Virus record (IMG/VR): IMGVR_UViG_3300022917_000007
Reading direction: 5' to 3' (one strand)
Source of the DNA: a virus
Length of the DNA: 35,329 nucleotides
Shown: piece by piece, positions 1 to 7,897 of the stretch
Layout of the letters: the number at the start of each line of letters is the position of its first letter
Position numbering within the stretch: the first letter of the stretch is position 1
Position numbers and translations under genes: made by a program
The notes under the pieces: model-generated
Database searches by the model: none
Told to the model about the DNA's origin: nothing
The model's input: only the letters and a program-made list of their open reading frames with translations

Positions 1-127
1 CGAGCGAGACGTCTCCGCTGATGATGTCGAGCAGTACGCCACCCGTCGGGCTCGTGCCGATCTGCCCGCGGGCGACCGCGCGCAGCCGGCTGGCGATGTT
101 GTGCGAGCCCGCGATCGCGGCCAAGAA
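1..127. repeat. Terminal direct repeat, exact copy of 35203..35329 (circular or terminally redundant contig overlap)
   Basis: Read directly: bases 1-127 (cgagcgagacgtctccgctg...gcgatcgcggccaagaa) are identical to the last 127 bases of the window. Confidence 0.95.
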
Positions 128-148
128 GTTCTCGCTGACCGGCCTCAC
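1..148 (-). CDS. 5' end of the junction-spanning tail protein gene (same gene as 33542..35329). 1-127 is the duplicated part; 128-148 holds the unique first seven codons.
   Basis: Minus strand from 148 reads GTG AGG CCG GTC AGC GAG AAC TTC TTG GCC = V-R-P-V-S-E-N-F-L-A, in frame with ORF 33542..35326 through the overlap. GTG(148-146) overlaps TGA(147-145) of ORF 145..939 (GTGA coupling). Confidence 0.6.
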   Translation of the reverse strand, partial: MRPVSENFLAAIAGSHNIASRLRAVARGQIGTSPTGGVLLDIISGDVSL

Positions 149-939
149 GGGACGATCACCACCGATGGGTCGGAGACGTATTCGAGCACGTCGGCCCACG
201 TCGGGAAGGCCGCGAGCACGTCGGCCCACGTGCCGAAGTCTGCGATCAGACCGTCCCACGTCGCGGTGTATCCGACCACCGTGGCCGCCGGCGCGGCGAC
301 CTCCGTCATCGGCAGCGTGAAGAGCCGGCGCACGTCGCTCAGCGCCCGACTCACGCGAGACATTTCCATGTCGCCGAGCCCGACGAAACCGCCCGGGATG
401 TCGTAGCCGGGCGGCACCTGTGCGTAGACGGTGTCGCCGCTGGCGACGAGGTATTCGAGCGAGCGCGCCTCGCTGTCCGTGTACGTGAGCACGGTGGTCG
501 ACCACGACCGGGACGAAGCGGAGTCGCCCACCCGGATGGGGAACGAGCGGCCCGGGATCGAGAACAGGCCGGCGCGGCTGGCGCGGCCGATCGCCGTGTA
601 ATCCTGCACGGTCACCTGCATGTTCAGGAACGGCCGCGTGACGCTCTTGAGCCACACGCGGTCGATAGTCGGCGTGATGCTGGCCGACTCGGTGCCGAGC
701 AGCACATCGACCGCGGAGTACGCCCGGGAGCGGTACTGATTGGCCACGCTCGGCACGAACTCGTAATCGTCGATCTTGGCCGCGCTGGCGCTCGGCACGA
801 TCGCGGCGGCACCGCGAACCGTGGTCCATTGAATCCCGTTGATCGAGCGCTCAATCTTAATGTACGCCGCGGTGAACGTGTCGGCCGCCGAGATGCGCAC
901 GCGAGCGAGGGTGGCGTCATACGTCAGGGTGACGGTCAC
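145..939 (-). CDS. Distal tail / minor tail protein (function assigned by position)
   Basis: 264-aa ORF. GTG start 939-937 overlaps the tape-measure stop (GTGA). It lies immediately after the tape measure gene, the usual slot for siphovirus distal tail proteins. Confidence 0.6.
   Translation of the reverse strand: MTVTLTYDATLARVRISAADTFTAAYIKIERSINGIQWTTVRGAAAIVPSASAAKIDDYEFVPSVANQYRSRAYSAVDVLLGTESASITPTIDRVWLKSVTRPFLNMQVTVQDYTAIGRASRAGLFSIPGRSFPIRVGDSASSRSWSTTVLTYTDSEARSLEYLVASGDTVYAQVPPGYDIPGGFVGLGDMEMSRVSRALSDVRRLFTLPMTEVAAPAATVVGYTATWDGLIADFGTWADVLAAFPTWADVLEYVSDPSVVIVP
184..231. repeat. In-frame duplication with 30-bp period inside the distal tail gene
   Basis: gagcacgtcggcccacgt occurs at 184-201 and again at 214-231. 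It encodes the repeated peptide TWADVL near the C terminus. Confidence 0.8.
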
Positions 940-2990
940 GCGAACGCACCTCCGAGAGCGCCGACGCGCCGGCGCGTCTGCCGGTTGTTCGTCTCGATCC
1001 TGACGTCGACGATATCGGTCAGCTCGCGATCGCCGATGTAAACGTGCACGACCGGTGCCGCGCCGAGCATGTCCGCGGTCTGGCCGGCGCTGGCTACGTG
1101 GGCGCGCTGGCCGATCGAGATCAGCTCCGGTCCGTTCTCGCCCGCGAGGAAGGTGCGGTTTGCCTGCGCCCAGCCACCGGACGCGAGCCGGGGAATGTTC
1201 GGCGTGTTGAGCGTCGTGCCACCGATCTTACCGAACGGCGTGTTGATCGATGGCAGCGAGAATGACAGGTTGTTCCATCGGTCGACAACGAAGTTGATCG
1301 CCGAGCGGAACGCGTTCTTGATTCCATCGAACAGACCACGACTGGCGGAAGCGACACGCTTCCCGAGTCCAGCGATGTACGAAATCAGCGCGTTGAATCG
1401 ACCCTGCACGTAGCTCACTACGGATCCAACCGTGGTGATAATGCGGCGCAGAATGGCAACGAGCGTGTTGATATACGTTGCGTACGCATTCACAGCGAAG
1501 CGCACCGCGGCGACAATGGCGTTCCAGATAGCTTTGAATACCGACCCGACGGCGCGGAGGATATTCATCAGCGCGTTGAACTGCGCAGCGTAGAACGGGA
1601 ATACTACGCCACGGAAGAATGACACGACTGCGTTAGTGGCGCTCTTGATCGCGCCCCACACGACCTCCCATGTCTTCTGGAAGAACTTCGTCTTGGTCGC
1701 GATGATCACGATACCGGCGACGAGCAGCGCGATGCCCGCGATCACGAGCCCGATCGGGTTCGCCGTCAGGACGAAGTTGAGCGCCAGCTGAACGGCCGTC
1801 CAGATCTTGACCGCGATCACGATCGTCGTGATGATCGCGGCGATCGGGCCGAGCACGAGCGCCAGCGTCTTGACGAGCTGCTGGTTCTTGTCCAGCCAAT
1901 CCACGGTGGCCGCGAGCGCCGTGATCAGCTTCTCTTGCAAGACGCGCTGGAACGCCTGCACCTTGGCGCCGGCGCTCTCTTCGAGCGTCTTGCCCATCTT
2001 GTCGGCCGCGCCGCCCACAGATCCGATCGACGCAACAGCCTTGCTCGGGTCGAGCGCGAACAGCGCTTTCCCGAGATCCTCGGACTGCGTGCCGAACAGC
2101 TGCGTTGCGACCGCGGCCTGCTTGACCGGATCCTTGATGTTACGCAACCGGTCAATGGTCACGTCGAGCGCCTTGTTGGCGGACGCGCCGCCCTTGCCGA
2201 TATCGGCAGCCATCGTCTTAGCGTTGAGCCCAAGCGCCTTAAACCCGGCCTGGGTATTCGGATCGCCCACGGCAACGGCCCGAATGCTGAATTCCTTAAG
2301 CGCGTCGGCAACGAGATCGGAATCCCGCGCGCCAGCCTTCAATCCCTGCGACAGAAGCCCGAGCGCTTGCGGTCCCTCGATACCCAGCTTCCGGAATTGC
2401 GTGCCGTATTCGTTGAACGTGTCGAGCAGGTCTTCGCTCTTATTGATGCCAAGCTGCGTGCCCTTGGCGAGGATGTCGAATGCTTCGGTCGAGCTCTTGG
2501 CGATCCCGGTCCGGAGCATCTGAGAGACGGCGCGGCCGACCGCGCTAGCGTCTTCGTCGAGCGACGTGGCCAGAGAGCTGACGCGCGCGGCAACCGCGTC
2601 GATCTCAGCCTTGCCCGCGTTCTTCGGCACGAGCCCGTTCTGGAAGATCGTCTTGACCGCGTCGGCCGCTTCCTCGAACGAGCCGACCACGCCGCGCGAG
2701 TAGAGGTCGCCGGCCGCGTCGCCCGCGCGTTTGGCGTCCGCGCCGGTCGCGCCGAGCTGCGCCGCGAGCTTCGCCTTGATCTGGGACTGTTCAAGGCCGG
2801 CGCCCACGGCCGCGCCGAACGCGGCCACGATGGCAGCGCCGGCCAGCGCTGCCGACGCGGCGACCGCCTTCCCCGCCTTATCGACACCCTTGGACCAACC
2901 GCTGACGGCCCTCTCGCCCTGCTCGGCTGACTTCTTGAGCCCGGTCGTGTCGCCATCGAACTTGATCTTGACTGTGCGTTCGCCCGCCAT
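936..2990 (-). CDS. Tail tape measure protein
   Basis: 684-aa ORF with ATG 2990-2988 preceded by GGGAGGGGAG. Ala/Gly-rich helical N-terminal half, a central cluster of hydrophobic segments (IAAIITTIVIAVKIW, GLVIAGIALLVAGIVIIA), and a position downstream of the chaperone genes. Confidence 0.9.
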   Translation of the reverse strand: MAGERTVKIKFDGDTTGLKKSAEQGERAVSGWSKGVDKAGKAVAASAALAGAAIVAAFGAAVGAGLEQSQIKAKLAAQLGATGADAKRAGDAAGDLYSRGVVGSFEEAADAVKTIFQNGLVPKNAGKAEIDAVAARVSSLATSLDEDASAVGRAVSQMLRTGIAKSSTEAFDILAKGTQLGINKSEDLLDTFNEYGTQFRKLGIEGPQALGLLSQGLKAGARDSDLVADALKEFSIRAVAVGDPNTQAGFKALGLNAKTMAADIGKGGASANKALDVTIDRLRNIKDPVKQAAVATQLFGTQSEDLGKALFALDPSKAVASIGSVGGAADKMGKTLEESAGAKVQAFQRVLQEKLITALAATVDWLDKNQQLVKTLALVLGPIAAIITTIVIAVKIWTAVQLALNFVLTANPIGLVIAGIALLVAGIVIIATKTKFFQKTWEVVWGAIKSATNAVVSFFRGVVFPFYAAQFNALMNILRAVGSVFKAIWNAIVAAVRFAVNAYATYINTLVAILRRIITTVGSVVSYVQGRFNALISYIAGLGKRVASASRGLFDGIKNAFRSAINFVVDRWNNLSFSLPSINTPFGKIGGTTLNTPNIPRLASGGWAQANRTFLAGENGPELISIGQRAHVASAGQTADMLGAAPVVHVYIGDRELTDIVDVRIETNNRQTRRRVGALGGAFA

Positions 2991-2993
2991 GGG

Positions 2994-3452
2994 TCACTCC
3001 CCTCCCGAGCTCGTGAACGCGCGGATCGTGTCGTCCGCCGCGGTCTGCCAGCGCCTCGCGATCATCGCACGGTTCTCTTCGATGCTCGGGAAGATCCAGA
3101 TACCGTCGTGCCCGGTGTGCAGCCGCGGGAACTGCGTGAATCGGTTGGAGCCGAACTCCGACCCGAACAGCAGCTTCCACGCCGGCACCTTGCGCGAACC
3201 GATCTTCTTGGTGCCGCCGGCCGAGACGACCGGCACGCGGTCGAAACCGCGCTTGACCGTCTTCGCCACGATCGCGGCCTGCGCGCCCTCTTTGACGCCG
3301 GCCGCCCGGATGAGCACGGCGAGATCTTCGGCGATCTCGCCCGCCTGTTTGCGGATCTGCGCGCTCGCCTCTTTGGGCAGACCTCGGAAGGCAGCGAGCG
3401 TCTCGCGGACGCCCTCTTGTCGCAGCGTGAACGACAACGTGTTCTTAGCCAC
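2994..3452 (-). CDS. HK97 gp10-like neck / tail-completion family protein (unusual position)
   Basis: 152-aa ORF with GTG start 3452-3450. Layout LxxLPKEAxxxIRKxAxxIAxxL ... GSEFGS ... FPSIEEN resembles the HK97 gp10 family as I recall it. It sits between the GT chaperone and the tape measure. Confidence 0.5.
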   Translation of the reverse strand: MAKNTLSFTLRQEGVRETLAAFRGLPKEASAQIRKQAGEIAEDLAVLIRAAGVKEGAQAAIVAKTVKRGFDRVPVVSAGGTKKIGSRKVPAWKLLFGSEFGSNRFTQFPRLHTGHDGIWIFPSIEENRAMIARRWQTAADDTIRAFTSSGGE

Positions 3453-3947
3453 TCATCTGCCTTTCGTCTCGCCTGCTCGGTTGCTGCGCCCGGGCCATCA
3501 AGTCCAGCGCGGTCGCCAGGTCGGCCATGTCCCCGGCCCACCATGTCTCAACCGGGATGCCCGACTCGATGGCCAACGCAACCACGGACCGGCTCAGAGA
3601 GCCGGGGGGGTAGGGTCCTCTCCGCTCTCCACCGCGCCGGCCTCGATACGAGCCTTGAGATCCACCGCGGCGGTCCGAGCCGCGGTCTGCTCGTCGGTCT
3701 CCACTTCGAGGTCGTACCGGTCCGCGAAGTCATCCTCGGTCAGCCCGGACGGGATCGACTGGCCGCGCTTAGCGGCCGTGAACCCGAGCTCGTACAGGAT
3801 GGTCGCCGAGATGCCAGCGCCGTCGCTGAGCTGACCGAGACTGCGGCCCTTGTGCGTCTTTTCCCACATGCGCACGTCGCGCATGCTGGCCACGACGTCG
3901 ATCGTCTCGCCGTCGTCCGGCGTGAGCCGGAAGTTGAACATGCCCAT
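3445..3947 (-). CDS. Tail assembly chaperone GT-like fusion made by a -1 programmed frameshift
   Basis: Zero frame reads ACC CCC CCG GCT CTC TGA. A -1 slip on C CCC CCG (3609-3603) opens a 53-codon frame (GGC TCT CTG AGC ... ATG AGT GGC TAA, stop 3447-3445). That frame has mostly G/C third positions and no convincing start of its own. Confidence 0.55.
3594..3947 (-). CDS. Tail assembly chaperone (gpG-like)
   Basis: 117-aa acidic ORF with ATG 3947-3945 after GGGGAGAA. It lies between the tail tube candidate and the tape measure and ends just after a C7 slippery run. Confidence 0.7.
   Translation of the reverse strand: MGMFNFRLTPDDGETIDVVASMRDVRMWEKTHKGRSLGQLSDGAGISATILYELGFTAAKRGQSIPSGLTEDDFADRYDLEVETDEQTAARTAAVDLKARIEAGAVESGEDPTPPAL
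3603..3609 (-). promoter_or_regulatory. Candidate -1 ribosomal slippery heptamer C CCC CCG
   Basis: Run of seven G on the plus strand at 3604-3610. XXXYYYZ pattern in the zero frame, 3 codons before the gpG-like stop. Confidence 0.5.
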
Positions 3948-3968
3948 CTGCGTTCTCCCCTATCTCTG

Positions 3969-4001
3969 AAAAAAACTCGAGGTTTGCTTCAAATTTGAAG
4001 C
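3969..4001 (-). terminator. Possible attenuator/terminator after the tail tube gene
   Basis: Perfect palindrome GCTTCAAATTTGAAGC (3986-4001) overlaps the TAG stop and is followed on the minus strand by a T7 run (plus A-run 3969-3975). The spacer is unusually AT-rich. Confidence 0.4.
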
Positions 4002-4435
4002 TAGCTCGACTCGTCACCGCGGGCGTAGACCGGCTTGCCGATGCACACGAGCGTGACCGTGGTCTGCTCGTTGTCCCGGGCCGCACCGCCCACGCTCGGG
4101 GCCTTGATCTTGAGCGTGCCGGTCCACGTCACGTTCTCTGCCGGGATGTCCGGGTGGTGCGACAGCCGGAACGTGACCGTCTCGCCGTCGTGCTTCCACA
4201 GGTAGTCGGAGAAGCCGTCGGAGCGCCAGTCGGCGAACGCCGTCAGATCGAGCGTGTAATCCGGATCGGTCTCGTCGGTGTCCTCTCCGGTCGGGCACAG
4301 CGTGTAGAGCTTGTCGCCATCCTCGGTGTTGTTGTTCAGCGTCCATTCGTTGATCTGGCACTCGAACGCGATGTCGCTCGGGTCGGTGCCGAGCGAGAAC
4401 TCGATCAGCTTGATTTTGCGCTTGTGGATCGTCAT
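4001..4435 (-). CDS. Major tail (tube) protein candidate
   Basis: 144-aa ORF with ATG 4435-4433 after AAGGGG. It lies directly upstream of the G/GT chaperone pair, the conserved slot for the tail tube gene. No motif recognised beyond position and size. Confidence 0.55.
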   Translation of the reverse strand: MTIHKRKIKLIEFSLGTDPSDIAFECQINEWTLNNNTEDGDKLYTLCPTGEDTDETDPDYTLDLTAFADWRSDGFSDYLWKHDGETVTFRLSHHPDIPAENVTWTGTLKIKAPSVGGAARDNEQTTVTLVCIGKPVYARGDESS

Positions 4436-4447
4436 GGCCTGCGCCCC

Positions 4448-5629
4448 TTAAAACGTCGTTTCCGCGGTCACTTGGTAGCACGGCAGATCGCTAGTCCCCG
4501 ATGGGAAAGCGCCCGGGACGCAGCCCGTTACCGATGTCTCATTGCCGATCTGCCCGACCGCCACGAGCAGCGCCGGGAGGTTGACGAGCAGTCGATCGAC
4601 CGCCCGTTCTCCGAGATCCTCCACGAGGTAGATCTCGAACGTCGCGCCGGTCGGCTCGTCCGGGCTGCATAGCCCTTCCCAGAGGAACGTGGGCGGACCA
4701 ACTACCACCGCGCCGCGGTCGACGTTGGCCGCGAGATCGTCGACCACGCGCAAGGGAGCGCCGAGTGCGCGCAGCGCGTCGCCGAGATCCGTGACGATCG
4801 CCCTGTACGCGCCCACGAGACCCGTAGCGGGCGGAGTCTCCACCGTTCCGCGAAGCAAGCCCGTCAGGTGCGGCAGCGTCAAGCTCAGCTGGCCGGACTC
4901 GTCGCTCTCGCCCGTGACCGTCAGCTGCAGCGCCGGGAGCGTGGCTGCCAGCTGGCCCGTGCCGGTCACCGTGCCGGCCGCTGACGCCTGCAGCGGGGGC
5001 AGCGCCGGGGCGAGGTTGCCCACGGCCGTCACGGTGCCGGAGCTCGCGGCCTGCAGCGGCGGGAGCGTGACGGCGATCGCGCCGTCCGCTTCGGTGGCCG
5101 TCGGAGTGAACACGGGGCCGACGAAGTAGAACCCGCCGCCGAAGGTCTTGTTCGGGTAGAGCGTGATGCCTTCGATGAACGCGCCGTTGGCGACCGGGCC
5201 GACCACCGTGGTCGCGCCGGTCTGCGGCGCCGTGAGGTTGCCGACCGTCAAGCCGGAACTGGCGAAGAAGCCACCCGTCGCGGCGTAGCGACCTTCGCTC
5301 GTGCGCACGCCGATCCGGTACGGCACGTTGGCCAGCACGGGAACGGGTGAGGCGAACGGCACCGTGATCAGAGCGCCGGACGACATCGACGGTACGAGGT
5401 TCACCGCGGCGAGCTGCGTGCCCGTGCCCGTATCTGCCGGAGAGTCGTCGGTGTCGACCGACCACGCGACGCCCTCGAACGTGCCCGAAACGGTGGTCGG
5501 GCACTTGAACTGCACACCGTCGAGAGTCCCATCGACCGCGGACAGGAACGTCGTCGAGACGGTCGCGCCCGAGCCCTCAGCAACGTTGGCGTTGCCGGGG
5601 ACTTGAGAGGTGATCAGGACTTCGGCCAC
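4448..5629 (-). CDS. Composite virion protein: DUF4082-like N-terminal domain, four ~21-aa repeats, and a neck/tail-terminator-like C-terminal domain
   Basis: 393-aa ORF with GTG 5629-5627. The N-terminal ~175 aa resemble DUF4082 (GVQF...GVAW...VPYRIGV...GRYAATGGFF). Then repeats of the form LPPLQA..GTVTG.G. The last ~120 aa (VDRGAVVVGPPTFLWEG...ATFEIYLVED...LPCYQVT) resemble small head-tail joining proteins. Confidence 0.5.
   Translation of the reverse strand: MAEVLITSQVPGNANVAEGSGATVSTTFLSAVDGTLDGVQFKCPTTVSGTFEGVAWSVDTDDSPADTGTGTQLAAVNLVPSMSSGALITVPFASPVPVLANVPYRIGVRTSEGRYAATGGFFASSGLTVGNLTAPQTGATTVVGPVANGAFIEGITLYPNKTFGGGFYFVGPVFTPTATEADGAIAVTLPPLQAASSGTVTAVGNLAPALPPLQASAAGTVTGTGQLAATLPALQLTVTGESDESGQLSLTLPHLTGLLRGTVETPPATGLVGAYRAIVTDLGDALRALGAPLRVVDDLAANVDRGAVVVGPPTFLWEGLCSPDEPTGATFEIYLVEDLGERAVDRLLVNLPALLVAVGQIGNETSVTGCVPGAFPSGTSDLPCYQVTAETTF
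4835..5080. repeat. Four tandem ~63-bp (21-aa) imperfect coding repeats
   Basis: Peptide units are AIAVTLPPLQAASSGTVTAVGN, LAPALPPLQASAAGTVTGTGQ, LAATLPALQLTVTGESDESGQ and LSLTLPHLTGLLRGTVETPPA. Coordinates are approximate. Confidence 0.6.
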
Positions 5630-5633
5630 GGGG

Positions 5634-6050
5634 TCAGCTGGCCGGCTGCGTCAGGGTGATCGAGGTGAGGTTGACGGTCAGGCCGGTCGTGATCGAGGTG
5701 GTCGACAGCGTGCACTCTCCGCCGCCACCGGTTCCGGTGACCGCGCCGTCCAGGATCGCCACGTCGTTCGAGTCGAGCAGGCGGAACCATCCGGCCGTGC
5801 CGGTCGTGATGCCGTCATCAGTCGGCTCGGGGGTGACGTCGCCCGTGGCCACGCCGGTCGACGGAGCAGCGAACGAGGGGTCGTTCAGTGGGATGTCGAG
5901 CAGCAGCGTGCCGCTCGCGGTCGTGGCCGGCGTAGCCGGCTGCGTCCCGGTGTAGATGCGGACGTGGGCGGCGCCCGAGCCGGCATCGGCCAGCGCGGTG
6001 ACGGCCGAGACCATGGCGTTACGCGCCGCGGTCGAGATGCGAAGAGCCAT
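5634..6050 (-). CDS. Hypothetical virion-module protein
   Basis: 138-aa ORF with ATG 6050-6048 after GGGAGA. Thr/Gly/Ala-rich and beta-like. Lies between the adaptor and the composite neck protein. Confidence 0.75.
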   Translation of the reverse strand: MALRISTAARNAMVSAVTALADAGSGAAHVRIYTGTQPATPATTASGTLLLDIPLNDPSFAAPSTGVATGDVTPEPTDDGITTGTAGWFRLLDSNDVAILDGAVTGTGGGGECTLSTTSITTGLTVNLTSITLTQPAS

Positions 6051-6066
6051 GGTGTGATCTCCCTGA

Positions 6067-6426
6067 TCAGGCGAAGACGGCAGGGGCGAAGCGCCCGATC
6101 CGCAGCATACGGTCGATATCCACGTCGAAGCTCGGTACCCGACCGGCGCCGAGTTCGCCCATGGAGACGAGCGCGTCGGGCGACCGCTTGCGGGTCTGCC
6201 AGCGAATCGCCAGCCGGATCGCGCCGAGCGTCATCGCCTCGTCGGGCACGGACAGCTCGCTGCTCTCGTCCGGCTCGAAGTTGTAGCGACCGACGTGGAT
6301 ACGACGCACGAACGAGATGCTCGCGGCGAGCATGCGATCGAGCGCGTCGTCATCGCGTGTGTCGTCCGCGGCAATGCCCTTGTCGATCTTGAGCTCAGCG
6401 AGCGTCGGTGGCCAGACAAGCGACAT
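6067..6426 (-). CDS. Head-tail adaptor (gp6-like connector)
   Basis: 119-aa ORF, first gene after the capsid terminator. The N-terminal LAELKIDKGIAADDTRDDDALDRMLAAS pattern is typical of gp6-like head-tail connectors. Confidence 0.6.
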   Translation of the reverse strand: MSLVWPPTLAELKIDKGIAADDTRDDDALDRMLAASISFVRRIHVGRYNFEPDESSELSVPDEAMTLGAIRLAIRWQTRKRSPDALVSMGELGAGRVPSFDVDIDRMLRIGRFAPAVFA

Positions 6427-6450
6427 GCGCGATCCCTTCCGATCGTTACA

Positions 6451-6495
6451 AAGTGCCCGGGCGCAACTTCGCAGAGTAATTGCGCCCGGGCACTT
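6451..6495 (-). terminator. Strong hairpin terminator/attenuator after the capsid gene
   Basis: 16-bp perfect arms, aagtgcccgggcgcaa (6451-6466) and ttgcgcccgggcactt (6480-6495), with a 13-nt loop. Starts 3 nt after the capsid stop and is followed on the minus strand by TTTGTAA. Confidence 0.75.
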
Positions 6496-6498
6496 GCG

Positions 6499-7851
6499 TC
6501 AGCTTTCCTCGGTGATCTCGACTCGCTTGATCGACGCGGTGCCGTAGCGAACGAGAACCGCGGTGTAACCCCAGACGCCCATCTTGATCGACTCCGGGCC
6601 GAGCGGCTGCTCGTACCGGAAGCGCATCACGTTGGACTCGAAGAGCAGGACGTCCGAGCCGCGGAGCACGGCGAAGCGGTCGTCCGCGGTGATGCCGTCG
6701 GTCGGGGCGAGGGTGATGCCCTTGTACCGGCCGCCCTCAAGCGCGGACAGGTCGGCCGCACCCATGATGTTGCTCGGCGCGTCGCCGGCGCCGGTCACCA
6801 GCGGGCGACCCGTGGTGTCGGTCAGGTCGATGAACTCGCCCCACCGGTTGACCGACATCGCCGCGATGGTCGCGGGCAGCTTGCGGGCGTTGCGGACCGC
6901 GATGCCGGCCTTCACGAACACGCGGGCGTAGTGCGACGGGTCGGTGATCGGGACCGAGCTGCCCTCGGACGCCGGGAGCGCCGTGCCGACCGCGATCACC
7001 GCGGCGCCGACCTTCTTTTCGACCTTGAGGTTGTACGCGCCGAGCAGGTCGCCGTAGATCAGCGTGTCGATCGCCGGGCTGCTCATGTCGACCATCTGCC
7101 GGGAGACGATCTGCATACCCGACGTCGGCTTGGGGGTGGCGGTGTCGGTGCTCGACCCCCACGCGTCGTCATCCTCGGTGGGGTCGTTCTCGGCCGCCTG
7201 CTCGACCACCTCGGAGTCGGTGCCCGTGGTCTGCTTGGGCAGCACGAGCGGACGCGGGTCGTCGCCGAGCGGGATGTTGCGCACGAGGTTGGCCAGCACG
7301 CGACCCTGCCGGGCCAGCGCGGCGTACTCGTCGACCAGCCACTTCGGCGGCACGACGCCGGCGCCCGCAACGCCCGTGGTGAGCGCGCGGTTGTGCTCGG
7401 CGAGCCGGGTGGCCGCGTCGGTGTCGTTCGCCTCACGCGCCTTGTAGAGGTCGCTGAAGAACGAGAAACGGCCGCCGTCGTTCAGCGAGCGGTAGTGACC
7501 GGGGTCGCGGTCCTTGGTGGTGGCGCCCCCGATCGGCCGGCCGGCGCGCAGCTGCACGTCGGTGCCGCCGGCGTTACCGCCCTGGTTGCCCGAGCCGTCT
7601 CCGCCGCGCATGGCGGCCGCGATGTCCGCTTGCATCGCCGCGACCTTCGCGGAGCGCAGCTCGATGTCGGTCAGGGTCTCGATCTCGGAGAAGATCGCGT
7701 CACCCTTGGTCTTCATCTCGGTGATGCTGGTCATCTCTTCCGGCGTGAGCGCGCGGTTCGCCTCGCTGGCGCGCGTCTGCAACCCCTCGATCGAGGTGCG
7801 CAGGCCGTCGTACTCGGCCCGTCGGGTCTTGAGATAGATGTTCTCGGCCAC
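6499..7851 (-). CDS. Major capsid protein, HK97-like, with an N-terminal coiled-coil scaffold-like (delta) region
   Basis: GTG 7851-7849 lies 6 nt after GAGGGGGA (the ORF track extends to 7911). ~100-aa helical N terminus (LKTRRAEYDGLRTSIEGLQTRASE...), then a ~350-aa body. Position after the protease, no separate scaffold gene, and followed by a strong hairpin. Confidence 0.8.
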   Translation of the reverse strand: MAENIYLKTRRAEYDGLRTSIEGLQTRASEANRALTPEEMTSITEMKTKGDAIFSEIETLTDIELRSAKVAAMQADIAAAMRGGDGSGNQGGNAGGTDVQLRAGRPIGGATTKDRDPGHYRSLNDGGRFSFFSDLYKAREANDTDAATRLAEHNRALTTGVAGAGVVPPKWLVDEYAALARQGRVLANLVRNIPLGDDPRPLVLPKQTTGTDSEVVEQAAENDPTEDDDAWGSSTDTATPKPTSGMQIVSRQMVDMSSPAIDTLIYGDLLGAYNLKVEKKVGAAVIAVGTALPASEGSSVPITDPSHYARVFVKAGIAVRNARKLPATIAAMSVNRWGEFIDLTDTTGRPLVTGAGDAPSNIMGAADLSALEGGRYKGITLAPTDGITADDRFAVLRGSDVLLFESNVMRFRYEQPLGPESIKMGVWGYTAVLVRYGTASIKRVEITEES

Positions 7852-7897
7852 GGTAATCCCCCTCGGAATTGCCCTTGAAATGACAGGTCGCTTCCGG

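Noticed and set aside
6295-7878. Long plus-strand ORF (527 aa) antisense to the capsid gene. Similar long shadow ORFs: 9290..10963(-), 11085..12602(+), 16927..18348(+), 21444..22817(+), 24707..26290(-), 28170..29090(+), 32012..32938(+), 1935..2930(+).
   Set aside because: These are typical high-G+C shadow ORFs. They give Arg/Ala/Gly/Pro-rich low-complexity translations, have poor third-position G/C, lack RBSs, and each lies opposite or out of frame to a gene with recognisable motifs.
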